DNA of 64,000 nucleotides from Planctomycetota bacterium (lineage in GTDB: Bacteria; Planctomycetota; PLA2; JAEUHO01), in the NCBI GenBank assembly GCA_965222115.1, contig CBDCTJ010000003.1, positions 448,001 through 512,000 on the forward strand, in the 5' to 3' direction. A program made the position numbers and the translations under genes. Of the stretch, positions 33,388-41,931 are shown one piece after another (position 1 is the stretch's first letter; every line of letters begins with the position of its first letter). The notes beneath the pieces were generated by a model. The model saw only the letters and a list, made by a program, of their open reading frames with translations. It searched no databases and had not been told where the DNA came from.

Positions 33388-33891
33388 TTACATTCTGAAA
33401 TCTGTGTCCATGGCTCCGGATGGTAGAACCTTCTCGTATGGATAGCAGCGCGTGACGCCAAATCCGGGCGTGGCCTCGCATGTTGCGACGTATCCATGAC
33501 GCTCATAGAACGTCCTGGCGCAGACTGTGCTGTTGAGCGTGATTCGTTTTGTTCCCCAACGTGCCGCTTGCGTTTCCAGAGCAGCCAACATTTGGGCTCC
33601 AACGCCGCGGGATTCCTGTCCGGGCAGCACGTAACACAGCGTAATGGTGCCGCTTCGCCCGATCGATCCAACACCCACAATCTCGTCATGCAACTCGGCC
33701 ACGATCATGAAGGTCTCATTGCTGGCGATCCACTCTCCGACGCGTCGGGCCGTCTTGTTGGATAGCCACTGTGCCAACGTGTCGGGATCGTGCTGATGGT
33801 CGGCAGTGCAAAGTTCTTGAATGGAACGTCGAAGGACGTGGGCAGCCACGGGAGCATCGGAAGCCAGAGCGGGACGAACGGTTACGGACAT
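33388..33891 (-). CDS. GNAT acetyltransferase
   Basis: MSVTVRPALASDA.., CYVLPGQESRGVGAQML, ARTFYERHGY. Confidence 0.88.
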   Translation of the reverse strand: MSVTVRPALASDAPVAAHVLRRSIQELCTADHQHDPDTLAQWLSNKTARRVGEWIASNETFMIVAELHDEIVGVGSIGRSGTITLCYVLPGQESRGVGAQMLAALETQAARWGTKRITLNSTVCARTFYERHGYVATCEATPGFGVTRCYPYEKVLPSGAMDTDFRM

Positions 33892-34036
33892 GGTGTCGCG
33901 CCACTCTACTGGCACACCGCGCCGTCGTCGCGATCCTCGCTCTCCGCGCCAGCGTCGGGCTTGCAGCAGGCGGGATGCGGGGAAGGCCTCCGCTACGCGC
34001 AGAATCTGGTGCGGTGCAGCGTGTGATCCTCCCGCG

Positions 34037-34357
34037 ATGCTCACTGACCCCGATCCCGATGTGCAAGCGCTTCTGTCGGCCGGGCGCAATGCGGAAGCGC
34101 GCAAAGAGAGGCTCGGAGAGCTCCTCTTTCAGTACCGCGCACGGCTTTTGCGGGTGGTCGAGCTGCGGATGGATCCCGTATTGCGCGCTAGGCTCGGAGC
34201 ATCGGACGTGGTGCAAGATGCGTATGTAGAAATCGCCCGCCGTGTCGATCGCTACCTCAAGGCGCCCACCATGCCCTTTTTCTTGTGGGCGCGCTTCATC
34301 ACCGTTCAGCGAATCCTGAAGGCGCATCGCTTTCATGTGAGTGCCCAGCAACGAGAC
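34037..34357 (+). pseudogene. Planctomycete-type ECF sigma-70 factor, 3'-truncated at MITE copy 1
   Basis: YRARLLRVVELRMDPVLRARLGASDVVQDAY..MPFFLWARFI..HRFH..AQQRD, then MITE TIR; region 4 absent. Confidence 0.85.
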
Positions 34358-34678
34358 ACGGTGTACGGGCAAAATCCACACTTTTCTTGTCCTTATGGAG
34401 TGCGATGCGCACTCCTCTAGCGACGTGTAGATCATCGATGGAGCGTTCGTGTGAGACCGAAGCACCGGTGGGGTATCGAACTTTTGAGAACTCTTTGCGG
34501 TCGGCATGATGCATAGCTGATCGCAGCGGCAACGGACGCAAACACTGTGGACTGCACACAACAAGTATCATTGCCGATATGTGTGAATTTGCTTCTGACG
34601 CTGTACTCCTGCACACGGCATTCGCGCTGTTGACTGAACGCTGCCCTACGAAAGGTGTGGATTTTGTCCGTACACCGT
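34358..34678. mobile_element. MITE copy 1 (24-bp TIR ACGGTGTACGGRCAAAATCCACAC)
   Basis: TIRs 34358-34381 and 34655-34678 (23/24 complementary); interior homologous to copy 2 but about 90 bp shorter; no transposase. Confidence 0.88.
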
Positions 34679-34680
34679 AT

Positions 34681-34743
34681 GCCCTGGGACTCCTGCAACA
34701 GCGGATGGCAGGCTGGCGGCCATCGTTCGGAGGACTTGAGTGA
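34681..34743 (+). pseudogene. 3' remnant of a SsuC/TauC-type ABC permease
   Basis: ALGLLQQRMAGWRPSFGGLE* overlaps the ATPase start (GTGA); resembles the tail of the intact permease at 48145-49017 (AIFGWIERRLVPW..). Confidence 0.6.
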
Positions 34744-35528
34744 CGACTGCACAGCTCGAAGTTGAACGAGCCCATTTCGTTGTGCGATCAAAGGCCTTCG
34801 GCGATCAGGTCGTGCTTCGAGCGGTGGACGCTACCGTGCGTCGGGGCGAGATTCTGGAAATCCTTGGCCCAAGCGGCATCGGCAAGACAACGCTGCTGCG
34901 GATAGTCGGCGGGCTGGACACGGACTACGACGGAGAGGTGGTGATCGCAGGCAGCGAGCTGACGGGCCCCTCAAGAAACGTCGCGTTTGTGTACCAAGAT
35001 CCGGCACTGTTGCCATGGAAGACAATCCACTCGAATCTGCGCTTCGCCCAGAGCCACGAGCTATCTCACAGTGAATCTGCGGCCCAGATAGAGCACGCCC
35101 TGGAGCTTGTAAACCTGGATCCTGAGACTGTCTCTCTGAAGCGGCCGAGTCAAGTGTCTCGCGGGATGGCCAAGCGAGTAGCGATTGCGCGTAGTATCGT
35201 GCAAGGTGCCCACACAATCTTGATGGATGAACCGCTGGCGGATGTTGATCAGTTCACGAGAGAAGCGATACAGGAAACGATTGTCCGCCTTCCCGTAGCG
35301 CGAAAGACGGAGCCCAGCATTCTCTTCGTCACCCATGACGTCAGAGAAGCCGTATTCATGGCTGATCGGCTCCTGCTTCTCTCCCCTGAGCGCCCGGCTA
35401 CGGCAGACAGGATCATCGAGGTCGGTGTTGCGCGGCCCCGCGACCGACTTGACAGACGACTCCTTGAACTCGAAGCAGAGATCGATGAACACTATCGCTC
35501 GGCGTGTGAGACTGGACGGACGGACTGA
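34740..35528 (+). CDS. Orphan NitT/TauT-family ABC ATP-binding protein
   Basis: GPSGIGKT Walker A, YQDPALLPW, VSRGMAKR signature variant, LMDEPL, FVTHD. Confidence 0.9.
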   Translation: MTTAQLEVERAHFVVRSKAFGDQVVLRAVDATVRRGEILEILGPSGIGKTTLLRIVGGLDTDYDGEVVIAGSELTGPSRNVAFVYQDPALLPWKTIHSNLRFAQSHELSHSESAAQIEHALELVNLDPETVSLKRPSQVSRGMAKRVAIARSIVQGAHTILMDEPLADVDQFTREAIQETIVRLPVARKTEPSILFVTHDVREAVFMADRLLLLSPERPATADRIIEVGVARPRDRLDRRLLELEAEIDEHYRSACETGRTD

Positions 35529-35579
35529 CAAGTAGCCGGCGAGCCTCCGGGCTGGCCCAATGCCGTTTCGCGATGGTCG

Positions 35580-36689
35580 CTACGCCTCCGGCAGGACCGT
35601 CAGTAGCAGAGCAGCCATTCGTACATGGAGGACCCGGGCTTCTTCGGCTGTCAGTTCAGACGGGACTCGGTGAACCGATTCGTCGAACAGCTTCAAGAAC
35701 GGACCCACAGCGTCGACGTCCGTGGCGACGTACTTCTGCATGGAGGCCGTTTCTTGCCTGGCAATGAAGCGAATCCTGGCCTTGCGCGTTGGCTTGCCAT
35801 TGCTGAAGTCCTTCGGGTCCGTCGACCAATCCTGAACCTTGTCATCCGGGGAGAGGGTGTGCAGCACGTATCGGAAGAGCTCGCGCAACGAGGCGCCAAC
35901 ATGGCGTGCGACATCCGGCCCGCCCGCGCTCAATGCGGCGGAGGCGCCCTCCCAAAGGCTGACGCACTCCGGATCGAGCGCTGTGAGTCGGTCCACGAGC
36001 ACCACCTCCGTCTGGTCGAGAACGAGCGTGGTCTGCGCTTCGGCATCCTCTTCGAGCTCGGGCTCGCGGTCTTCGCGGGGGAGCGTTACGACTTCGGCAA
36101 GCCGCGAAGCCACAAATCGCTCACGTGCAACGGTCGCGGCTGTCTGCAGCCGCACGTGCGTCTCAAGCGATGCTGCCCCAAGCTCCGCGAGTACGTCCGA
36201 CTCTGCAGCCCAGAGACGACCGAGTTTCGCGTCGATCTGTGTGGCGGCAGCCCAGTCTGACGGGACCAGGCCGCCAATCTTCAGCCCGGCCATCTGATCC
36301 GCGAGGCGAGAAGAGATCGACAGTGACTGCTCGAACGCAGCCAGAACTTTCGCAGACTCCGCCAACGTTGAGGCGTACCCCGGCAGCTTCGGGGTCGTTG
36401 CCTTGGCCAAGGCGTCTAGCTGGCGCTGGGATGCGTTCTGGATCTCCTGGAACTGCTGGCTGACGCGAGTCACGGAACTTGCGACCTCAATCGCCTTGAG
36501 ATTCGGAGCTGACAGCTGCTCCAAGCGCCGGGTCTGCTGGGCGATCTGCTCCACAACGTGCATTGCGCTGGCTGACTTTGCCATCTCCTGCATCGTCGTG
36601 CCAAGAAGGCGGGAGTTCTCGATCATCCTGACAAAGGCCTCGGTGGCGCGCATGTGCGCCATCAGGGCTGAACTGTCGTGCTTAGCCAC
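35580..36689 (-). CDS. Protein with helical low-complexity N-region and C-terminal predicted pPIWI-associating nuclease-like (pP_pnuc_1) domain
   Basis: LWEGASAAL..GPDVARHVGASLRELF..VLHTLSPDD.V..W...NGKPTRKARIRFI; GTG start with GGAG RBS. Confidence 0.65.
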   Translation of the reverse strand: MAKHDSSALMAHMRATEAFVRMIENSRLLGTTMQEMAKSASAMHVVEQIAQQTRRLEQLSAPNLKAIEVASSVTRVSQQFQEIQNASQRQLDALAKATTPKLPGYASTLAESAKVLAAFEQSLSISSRLADQMAGLKIGGLVPSDWAAATQIDAKLGRLWAAESDVLAELGAASLETHVRLQTAATVARERFVASRLAEVVTLPREDREPELEEDAEAQTTLVLDQTEVVLVDRLTALDPECVSLWEGASAALSAGGPDVARHVGASLRELFRYVLHTLSPDDKVQDWSTDPKDFSNGKPTRKARIRFIARQETASMQKYVATDVDAVGPFLKLFDESVHRVPSELTAEEARVLHVRMAALLLTVLPEA

Positions 36690-36845
36690 GGTCTCACTCC
36701 CGGTCCTTGTGCGCCCCCGCACCGGATCATACCGGACGAAATACGGAGATGGGATGAAAAGGCCGGTAGCTCCTCTGTCGCGCAGTCACGGTAAACCGTG
36801 CTGCAAACAATAAACGGGCTCTACGGCCCAGGAGGAGCTACCAGC

Positions 36846-37895
36846 ATGCATAAGCGTATCACCGAAACGATTGGCATCGACTTAGGCGACCGATTCTCTT
36901 GGTATTGTGTCTTAGATCAAGACACGGGGGTTCAGAAGGAAGAAGGCGAGATAGCGACAACGCGCGAATCGTTTCACGAGTTTCTCTCGAAGCACCGAAC
37001 CGCTCGAGTTGTGATGGAGGCGGGAACGCATTCGCCTTGGGCGAGTCGGGTCGTCGAAGGTCGATGTGCTCAGTCGCTAGTCGCGAATCCGCGAGAGCTA
37101 AGCTTTATTTACAGGAACGCTCGCAAGTCCGATCGAACGGATGCCAAGAAGTTGGCTGAAATCGGTCGCTTCGATCCCCAACTACTTGCCCCAATTCGGC
37201 ATCGACCGGAGTCCGCACAACGAGACCTTGCGCTGATTCGTGCACGAGCCGCGCTTGTGTCGTCACGAACCAAGTTGGTGAACTCGCTACGAGGTGTCAT
37301 TAAGAGCATGGGCGGGCGGTTGCGTAAGCAGGCATCAAAATGCATCGGATCGAAGACGCGGGCCGAGATTCCGGAGGAGCTCTGCGATGTGCTCAATCCC
37401 ATTCTCAGTGCAATCGAGCGAATCACTGAGTTGGTAAAGATCTACGACGCAAAGATCGATGAGTTGGCGAAGGAGCGATATCCAGATACACAGTTGCTCA
37501 CTCAGATTCCAGGCGTGGGCAATCTCACGGCACTCGCATTCATGTTGACCGTTCAAGATTGGGCGCGGTTTGAAGACCGCCGAGATGTCGGGGCGTTTCT
37601 CGGGATGGTTCCACGGCGTGATCAATCCGGCCAAATGGACAAGCAGCTACGCATAACGAAGGCTGGGGACCGTATGGTTCGGTCGTTGCTCGTTCAGTGC
37701 GCGCATCACATCCTCGGGCGACTGGGCCCGCCATGCGATCTAAAGTCCCACGGTGAGCGGATCATTGCGCGTGGAGGCGCAGTTGCGAAACGCAAGGCAG
37801 TCATCGCCGTGGCACGCAAGCTCTCCGTGCTCATGCTTGCGCTGTGGCGAACAGGCGAAGAGTACATACCGGTTCGATGCCCAGTGGCTGCCTGA
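36846..37895 (+). CDS. IS110-family DEDD transposase / bridge recombinase
   Basis: IGIDLG, VVMEAG, KSDRTDA (DEDD), IPGVG, FLGMVPRRDQSG (catalytic Ser), AVARKL; RBS AGGAGG. Confidence 0.97.
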   Translation: MHKRITETIGIDLGDRFSWYCVLDQDTGVQKEEGEIATTRESFHEFLSKHRTARVVMEAGTHSPWASRVVEGRCAQSLVANPRELSFIYRNARKSDRTDAKKLAEIGRFDPQLLAPIRHRPESAQRDLALIRARAALVSSRTKLVNSLRGVIKSMGGRLRKQASKCIGSKTRAEIPEELCDVLNPILSAIERITELVKIYDAKIDELAKERYPDTQLLTQIPGVGNLTALAFMLTVQDWARFEDRRDVGAFLGMVPRRDQSGQMDKQLRITKAGDRMVRSLLVQCAHHILGRLGPPCDLKSHGERIIARGGAVAKRKAVIAVARKLSVLMLALWRTGEEYIPVRCPVAA

Positions 37896-37953
37896 ACCTC
37901 GCGCAACAGCTTTAGGCAAGCATTAGAAAGGTCAGTTTCCACGTACCCCAATT

Positions 37954-38101
37954 CGAGTCCGGGTGACTGCGGTGCCCTGACCGACGTATAGCGACGTCGC
38001 TACTGAGTATGCAGCACCCAGACTCGTTCTCGGACCCCACCTTGCACCGGGTCGCATCAACTTCGATCCAACACGAGTGCGCATAGAAGCCTGAATGGGA
38101 C
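37954..38101 (+). ncRNA. Predicted bridge/seek RNA core (target-binding and donor-binding loops)
   Basis: Stem 37954-37965/38015-38026 enclosing an 11x11 internal loop; second loop with cccacct (38036-38042) and catagaag (38082-38089) matching the IS circle junction. Confidence 0.75.
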
Positions 38102-38726
38102 GTGTTTTCTGGCGCCAGTGACGATGGCTGGCAATTTGATTCGCTCCGATCCGCTGCCAGAAAGGCAAGGGCGATAAGGGTAAGTTGCGTACTCAAGGGG
38201 CCGAACTACACATGCACAACGCGGTAAATGCGCTCGCCGACGCGGCTTCGCACTTGACATGCCAGGCCTTTTCATAGAAGTACGGGAAAAATCCACACTT
38301 TTCTTGTCCTTTAGGTGCGCCATGCACGCTCCTCTAGCGACGTGCAGTTCATCGATGAATTGTTCGGTCGAGATAGACGTCGCAGATGGGGCACCAAACT
38401 CTCAAGCTCTCTTTGCGCTGGGCAAGCCAGTCGAATTCGATCGCCAGCATGCCTCATGGTCATTGCAATGATCCTACTTCGTCACGTCGACATAGTCACT
38501 CGGCACGATCGGAATGACGCATAGCAGATCGCAGCGGCAACGGACGCAAACACTGTAGACTGTACACAACAAGTATCGTTGCCAATAAGTGTGAATTTGC
38601 TTCTGACGCTGTTCTCCTGCACGCAGCATTCGCGCTGTTGACTGAGCGCTGCCCTACGACAAGTGTGGATTTTTCCCGTACACCGTATTCTTGCGGAACG
38701 CGGTGCGGCGCTAGGCCACGGAGTGG

Positions 38727-39947
38727 TCAGCAGGCGATCTCCGAGACGGTCAGATTGCCTTTACCGTCACGGCAGAAGATCGTGGTGTCTCCGTCCGTGG
38801 AGACCACAAGGCCGAAAGAGTCCGAAACGCGGCTTGTCGCACATGCGATCGACTTGTGTCTCGTCCCCTTCTTGCGCGACTCCAAGAACTCCCGGACCCC
38901 AGGCGGTAGGTCGGGGTATGCATCCTCCGCAAGCAGCTTGCTGCCGACACCCAGGGGACGGAGCATGGGTCCGAGAACCACTGCCCCGTCGATGCGCGTC
39001 GCGTGGCAGAGACGCACGACCTCGTCGTCAGCCATTCGCGCCGACGTCAGCATGTGCTGGGTGTACGGATGCTTCAGTGCTGGCGGCGGCGCCGGAGGAT
39101 CGGCGGGGTCGATAGCACGGCACGCGAGCGACTCCTGCAACCCCCCCGACCAGTCATCGCCGGCCGACTTCAAGGCGTTTGCCTGGTCTACACACTTCAG
39201 TTCGTCGAGCGACGCGGCGCAGGTGACCAGTACCCCGGCGCCGCCGCCGAGTCTCCTTGCCGACCGCGCTAACTTGAGCAGGGACTGTCCCAAGCCATGA
39301 GCGATGCCAAGCAGCAACGGTGCGTCGGCACGCACGACCCAGTCGGCCTGTTCTTCCGCAGTGAACAGACTCCTATGCAGGTCGCCGGCGCGGAGTTGAA
39401 CATCCCAGCTGGAAATCAGCAGGTATGCGGGCGGGATCACCGTCCCCACTTCGATTAAGGTGGCTGGGCGTCGGCACGCCGTCTTCAGGAAGACAGCTTC
39501 ACCGTCGGCGTTCTTGACATACAGCTCCGCGACGTCCCGCAGCTCTACGACACAGCCCGCTCCCCACTCGAAGGCATGGCCACTCACGAAGTTCGCAACT
39601 TGACGGGAGACGATGCCACGGACACGAAGCCCATCGTTGCTCCCTTCGATGACGAATGCCGTCTCCCACGGATCGAAAGCCGAGCCGACTTTGCGAAGCC
39701 AGTCCACTGAAACGGAGGGCTTCTGCGAGAACTCGACGAGCAAGTTCAGTGTGGCGTCGGCGGGAAGCAGGAGAAACGACCCGCACGGCACGCGCCCCTC
39801 TTCCCGGTAGAGCCCGGTCTCGTAGAGCAGATCAAGCAACTCGGTCGTCGCGGGAGGCCACGGCAAGCGGTCACTTTCAGCGAGATGCTCTTGCGCCGCG
39901 TCGAGTAGTGACGACGCGTCAAAGCGCCGATAGCCTGCAGTAGCCAT
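38727..39947 (-). CDS. Diadenylate-cyclase (DisA_N/DAC) domain protein with DACNV-type N-terminal sensor
   Basis: LYETGLYREEGR N-motif; IDGAVVL and GTRHKS..VVSTDG DAC motifs; RBS GGAGG. Confidence 0.8.
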   Translation of the reverse strand: MATAGYRRFDASSLLDAAQEHLAESDRLPWPPATTELLDLLYETGLYREEGRVPCGSFLLLPADATLNLLVEFSQKPSVSVDWLRKVGSAFDPWETAFVIEGSNDGLRVRGIVSRQVANFVSGHAFEWGAGCVVELRDVAELYVKNADGEAVFLKTACRRPATLIEVGTVIPPAYLLISSWDVQLRAGDLHRSLFTAEEQADWVVRADAPLLLGIAHGLGQSLLKLARSARRLGGGAGVLVTCAASLDELKCVDQANALKSAGDDWSGGLQESLACRAIDPADPPAPPPALKHPYTQHMLTSARMADDEVVRLCHATRIDGAVVLGPMLRPLGVGSKLLAEDAYPDLPPGVREFLESRKKGTRHKSIACATSRVSDSFGLVVSTDGDTTIFCRDGKGNLTVSEIAC

Positions 39948-39995
39948 GTGCCTCCCCGATCGAGCCTAGCACGCGGTCAATTGCCTCGCAGTACA

Positions 39996-40029
39996 TAATA
40001 CCGTAATACCGTGCCGTAATACCGTGCCG
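39996..40029. repeat. Short tandem repeats TAATACCG(TGCCG) x3 upstream of the DAC gene
   Basis: taataccg-taataccgtgccg-taataccgtgccg. Confidence 0.75.
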
Positions 40030-40079
40030 CGTTTCTTCCCACCAAGTAAGTGACTCTAGACCTATGCGCATTCAGAGAT

Positions 40080-40585
40080 TCGGTGTGCGGGCGAAGTCCA
40101 CACGTTCTGTATTGCTCGGCGAAGTCAGAGGCATCTTGCCCACACGAAATGAGTGGAGGATCGGGGAAGAGTCGGAACTTCTGTGTAAGGCATGTCGTCC
40201 GATCCAAAGCCGAGAGAATGCACCGTGGCTCAACGTAAAGAAGAGCGAGCCCGTAGGCGTTACTGGTTCGAGCCCAGTAACGCACACCAACGAGTTCTCC
40301 TCCTTCTTAGCAATAGCCCAACTCACGCCATACTGGAGCCCCCCAAAATGGCAAGTTCCATGCTGCGACAAAACACGTGACCGCTTCTCAGCCACTTTGG
40401 CTGCCGAGCCGCCAACAGCTTGCGTCGACGGACTAATCTTTGGTCATTCAAATGGTGGGCTAATTTGTGGTGCGTATCAAGTCGTGTCGAATTGCCTCGG
40501 ACTGTCAAGGAAACGCTGCACTAGGCGTCCGCCCTGGTGACTGTGCGCTGTCCTACTAAAGGTGTGGATTCTGCCCGTGAACCGT
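40080..40585. mobile_element. MITE-family copy 3 (degenerate TIRs, different interior containing a tRNA-Val fragment)
   Basis: Left tcggtgtgcgggcgaagtccacac; right gactgtgcgctgtcctactaaaggtgtggattctgcccgtgaaccgt matches the right ends of copies 1 and 2. Confidence 0.7.
40244..40289 (+). repeat. Degenerate distal copy of the tRNA-Val 3' end (att-like)
   Basis: agcgagcccgtaggcgttactggttcgagcccagtaacgcacacca vs 23946-23991 (4 mismatches in 46). Confidence 0.85.
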
Positions 40586-40634
40586 ATCTTCAGAGCAATG
40601 AACACCGTTTTCGCATCCCGAAGCAAACTGTAGA

Positions 40635-41561
40635 TCACCTTCCCTGAAAGCCATGGCGCCTCATGATTTTGAGTTGCTCCAGCTGCAGTTTGTGGATCCC
40701 TTTCAGCTTAGTCTCCAGACTCGATGGATCCTGAATGAGTTTGTGCTCGAGCATATAATTCTTCCACCTCTCCGACTGGCCCGGTGACATTGTCCCAAGG
40801 TGTTCGATTAGCTTAAGAGAGTCCGTGGAGCTTAGCGTTGATCCATTTTGCTTGGCGAGTGCAACCATATTGCATCTCTGAAGATGTTTCAGAAGAGGAG
40901 TAGGTGCAATCGTTTTTTCAGTTTGGTAATTGAGCACCAACTCACGCAATTCGGAATCGTCCAACGCATTGCCAATTCGCTCTTGAACATATCGTGCGCA
41001 ATTGTTGAACAGTGCATGATAATTCCATTCAACATAGTTTTCTTCTGAGACTTCAACTCTCTTCATTGCTAGCAAGACGGAGCGCAGCATCTTGTGAACT
41101 GACCGATTTGACATTAGATCAGAAATAGACTCTTGAGTGATGTGCGTGTTCTCTCCCTTCTTCGACATCAACTGCTTCTTCCCAAACACTCTTAGGATCG
41201 AGATCGCCTCGTGATTGGCATTCTTGGGTCGTCTTCCCACGTCAATAACAAAGCTCTTCTGTTTAGCGTCAGACCCGAGGCTGACAGTGATGGCCGCATG
41301 TTCCCCATGCCCGAAGAGCCCCCTAGGATTCCACACCACATAGGCTACATTTGAGACTTCCTGTCCGGCGTCAACGCATGCGCGTAGTTCCTTTAGCGCC
41401 TTGGAAATGTTCTCCTTCGTAGTGTTGCCGTCGGGTCCCACAAATTTCTTGACCCAACGGCCGAAGTTCGAGTCACGCACTCCTGGGACAACGTGAGAGA
41501 CAAGGACTGTGAGTGCGATCAATATGACGAGCACTGCCATCCCGCGTGCAACAAGCTTCAT
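40635..41561 (-). CDS. AT-rich membrane-anchored protein with a permuted papain-like (His..NC) motif
   Basis: N-terminal TM; GHGEHAAI and YHALFNNCARYV resemble DUF4105/PPPDE-type catalytic motifs. Confidence 0.55.
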   Translation of the reverse strand: MKLVARGMAVLVILIALTVLVSHVVPGVRDSNFGRWVKKFVGPDGNTTKENISKALKELRACVDAGQEVSNVAYVVWNPRGLFGHGEHAAITVSLGSDAKQKSFVIDVGRRPKNANHEAISILRVFGKKQLMSKKGENTHITQESISDLMSNRSVHKMLRSVLLAMKRVEVSEENYVEWNYHALFNNCARYVQERIGNALDDSELRELVLNYQTEKTIAPTPLLKHLQRCNMVALAKQNGSTLSSTDSLKLIEHLGTMSPGQSERWKNYMLEHKLIQDPSSLETKLKGIHKLQLEQLKIMRRHGFQGR

Positions 41562-41931
41562 GTGATCCCCCTCTCGTAATAGATCTTACCGCTCAATACA
41601 GACCAACCGTATCTCTTGAGCAACTCTGCAGGGATTAGAACAGAACGACCAAAACATGCAATGGCGGCCCTCGACGATTTTCTGGCCAGTTGACTATTAT
41701 GGATTCTGAGGCATAGATCATGCGTCGAGTTCAGCGCGATCGCACCTATAGATCAATGTCTGGTGTCATATTGAGTGAAACGCAAGTGCCTAAAGGATAG
41801 GACATTGGAACTAGGTCCACGCCTTACGGGAATTCCAACTTATATGCTGATGCACACTTCGCACGGGACTTGGAAGACCGTGGAATCTATGGACCGACCT
41901 GACGTGCAAAGCGCGAATCTACCCACCCACC

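Larger units (their letters stand above)
36747..38278 (+). mobile_element. IS110 family, IS1111-group insertion sequence (1532 bp)
   Basis: Sub-terminal IRs ATGAAAAGGCC (36754-36764) / GGCCTTTTCAT (38265-38275), 7 and 3 bp from the ends; AG core at both junctions; long 3' non-coding end; outward TTGACA at 38254-38259. Confidence 0.92.
36743..38686. mobile_element. MITE copy 2 (about 412 bp when empty), interrupted in its left TIR by the IS1111-type element
   Basis: Left TIR split: acgg|IS|AGtacgggaaaaatccacac; right TIR gtgtggatttttcccgtacaccgt at 38663-38686; AT on both outer sides. Confidence 0.85.

Noticed and set aside
26700-34000. Integron cassette array (TA, AadA-like, GNATs)
   Set aside because: Mixed orientations, no convincing attC (the gcaccaac..gttagtgt hairpin near 27773 is far too short) and no integrase
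33716-34564. 282-aa minus ORF and the N-terminal extensions of the 33388 and 33821 ORFs
   Set aside because: Shadow frames of the sigma remnant, MITE and GNAT
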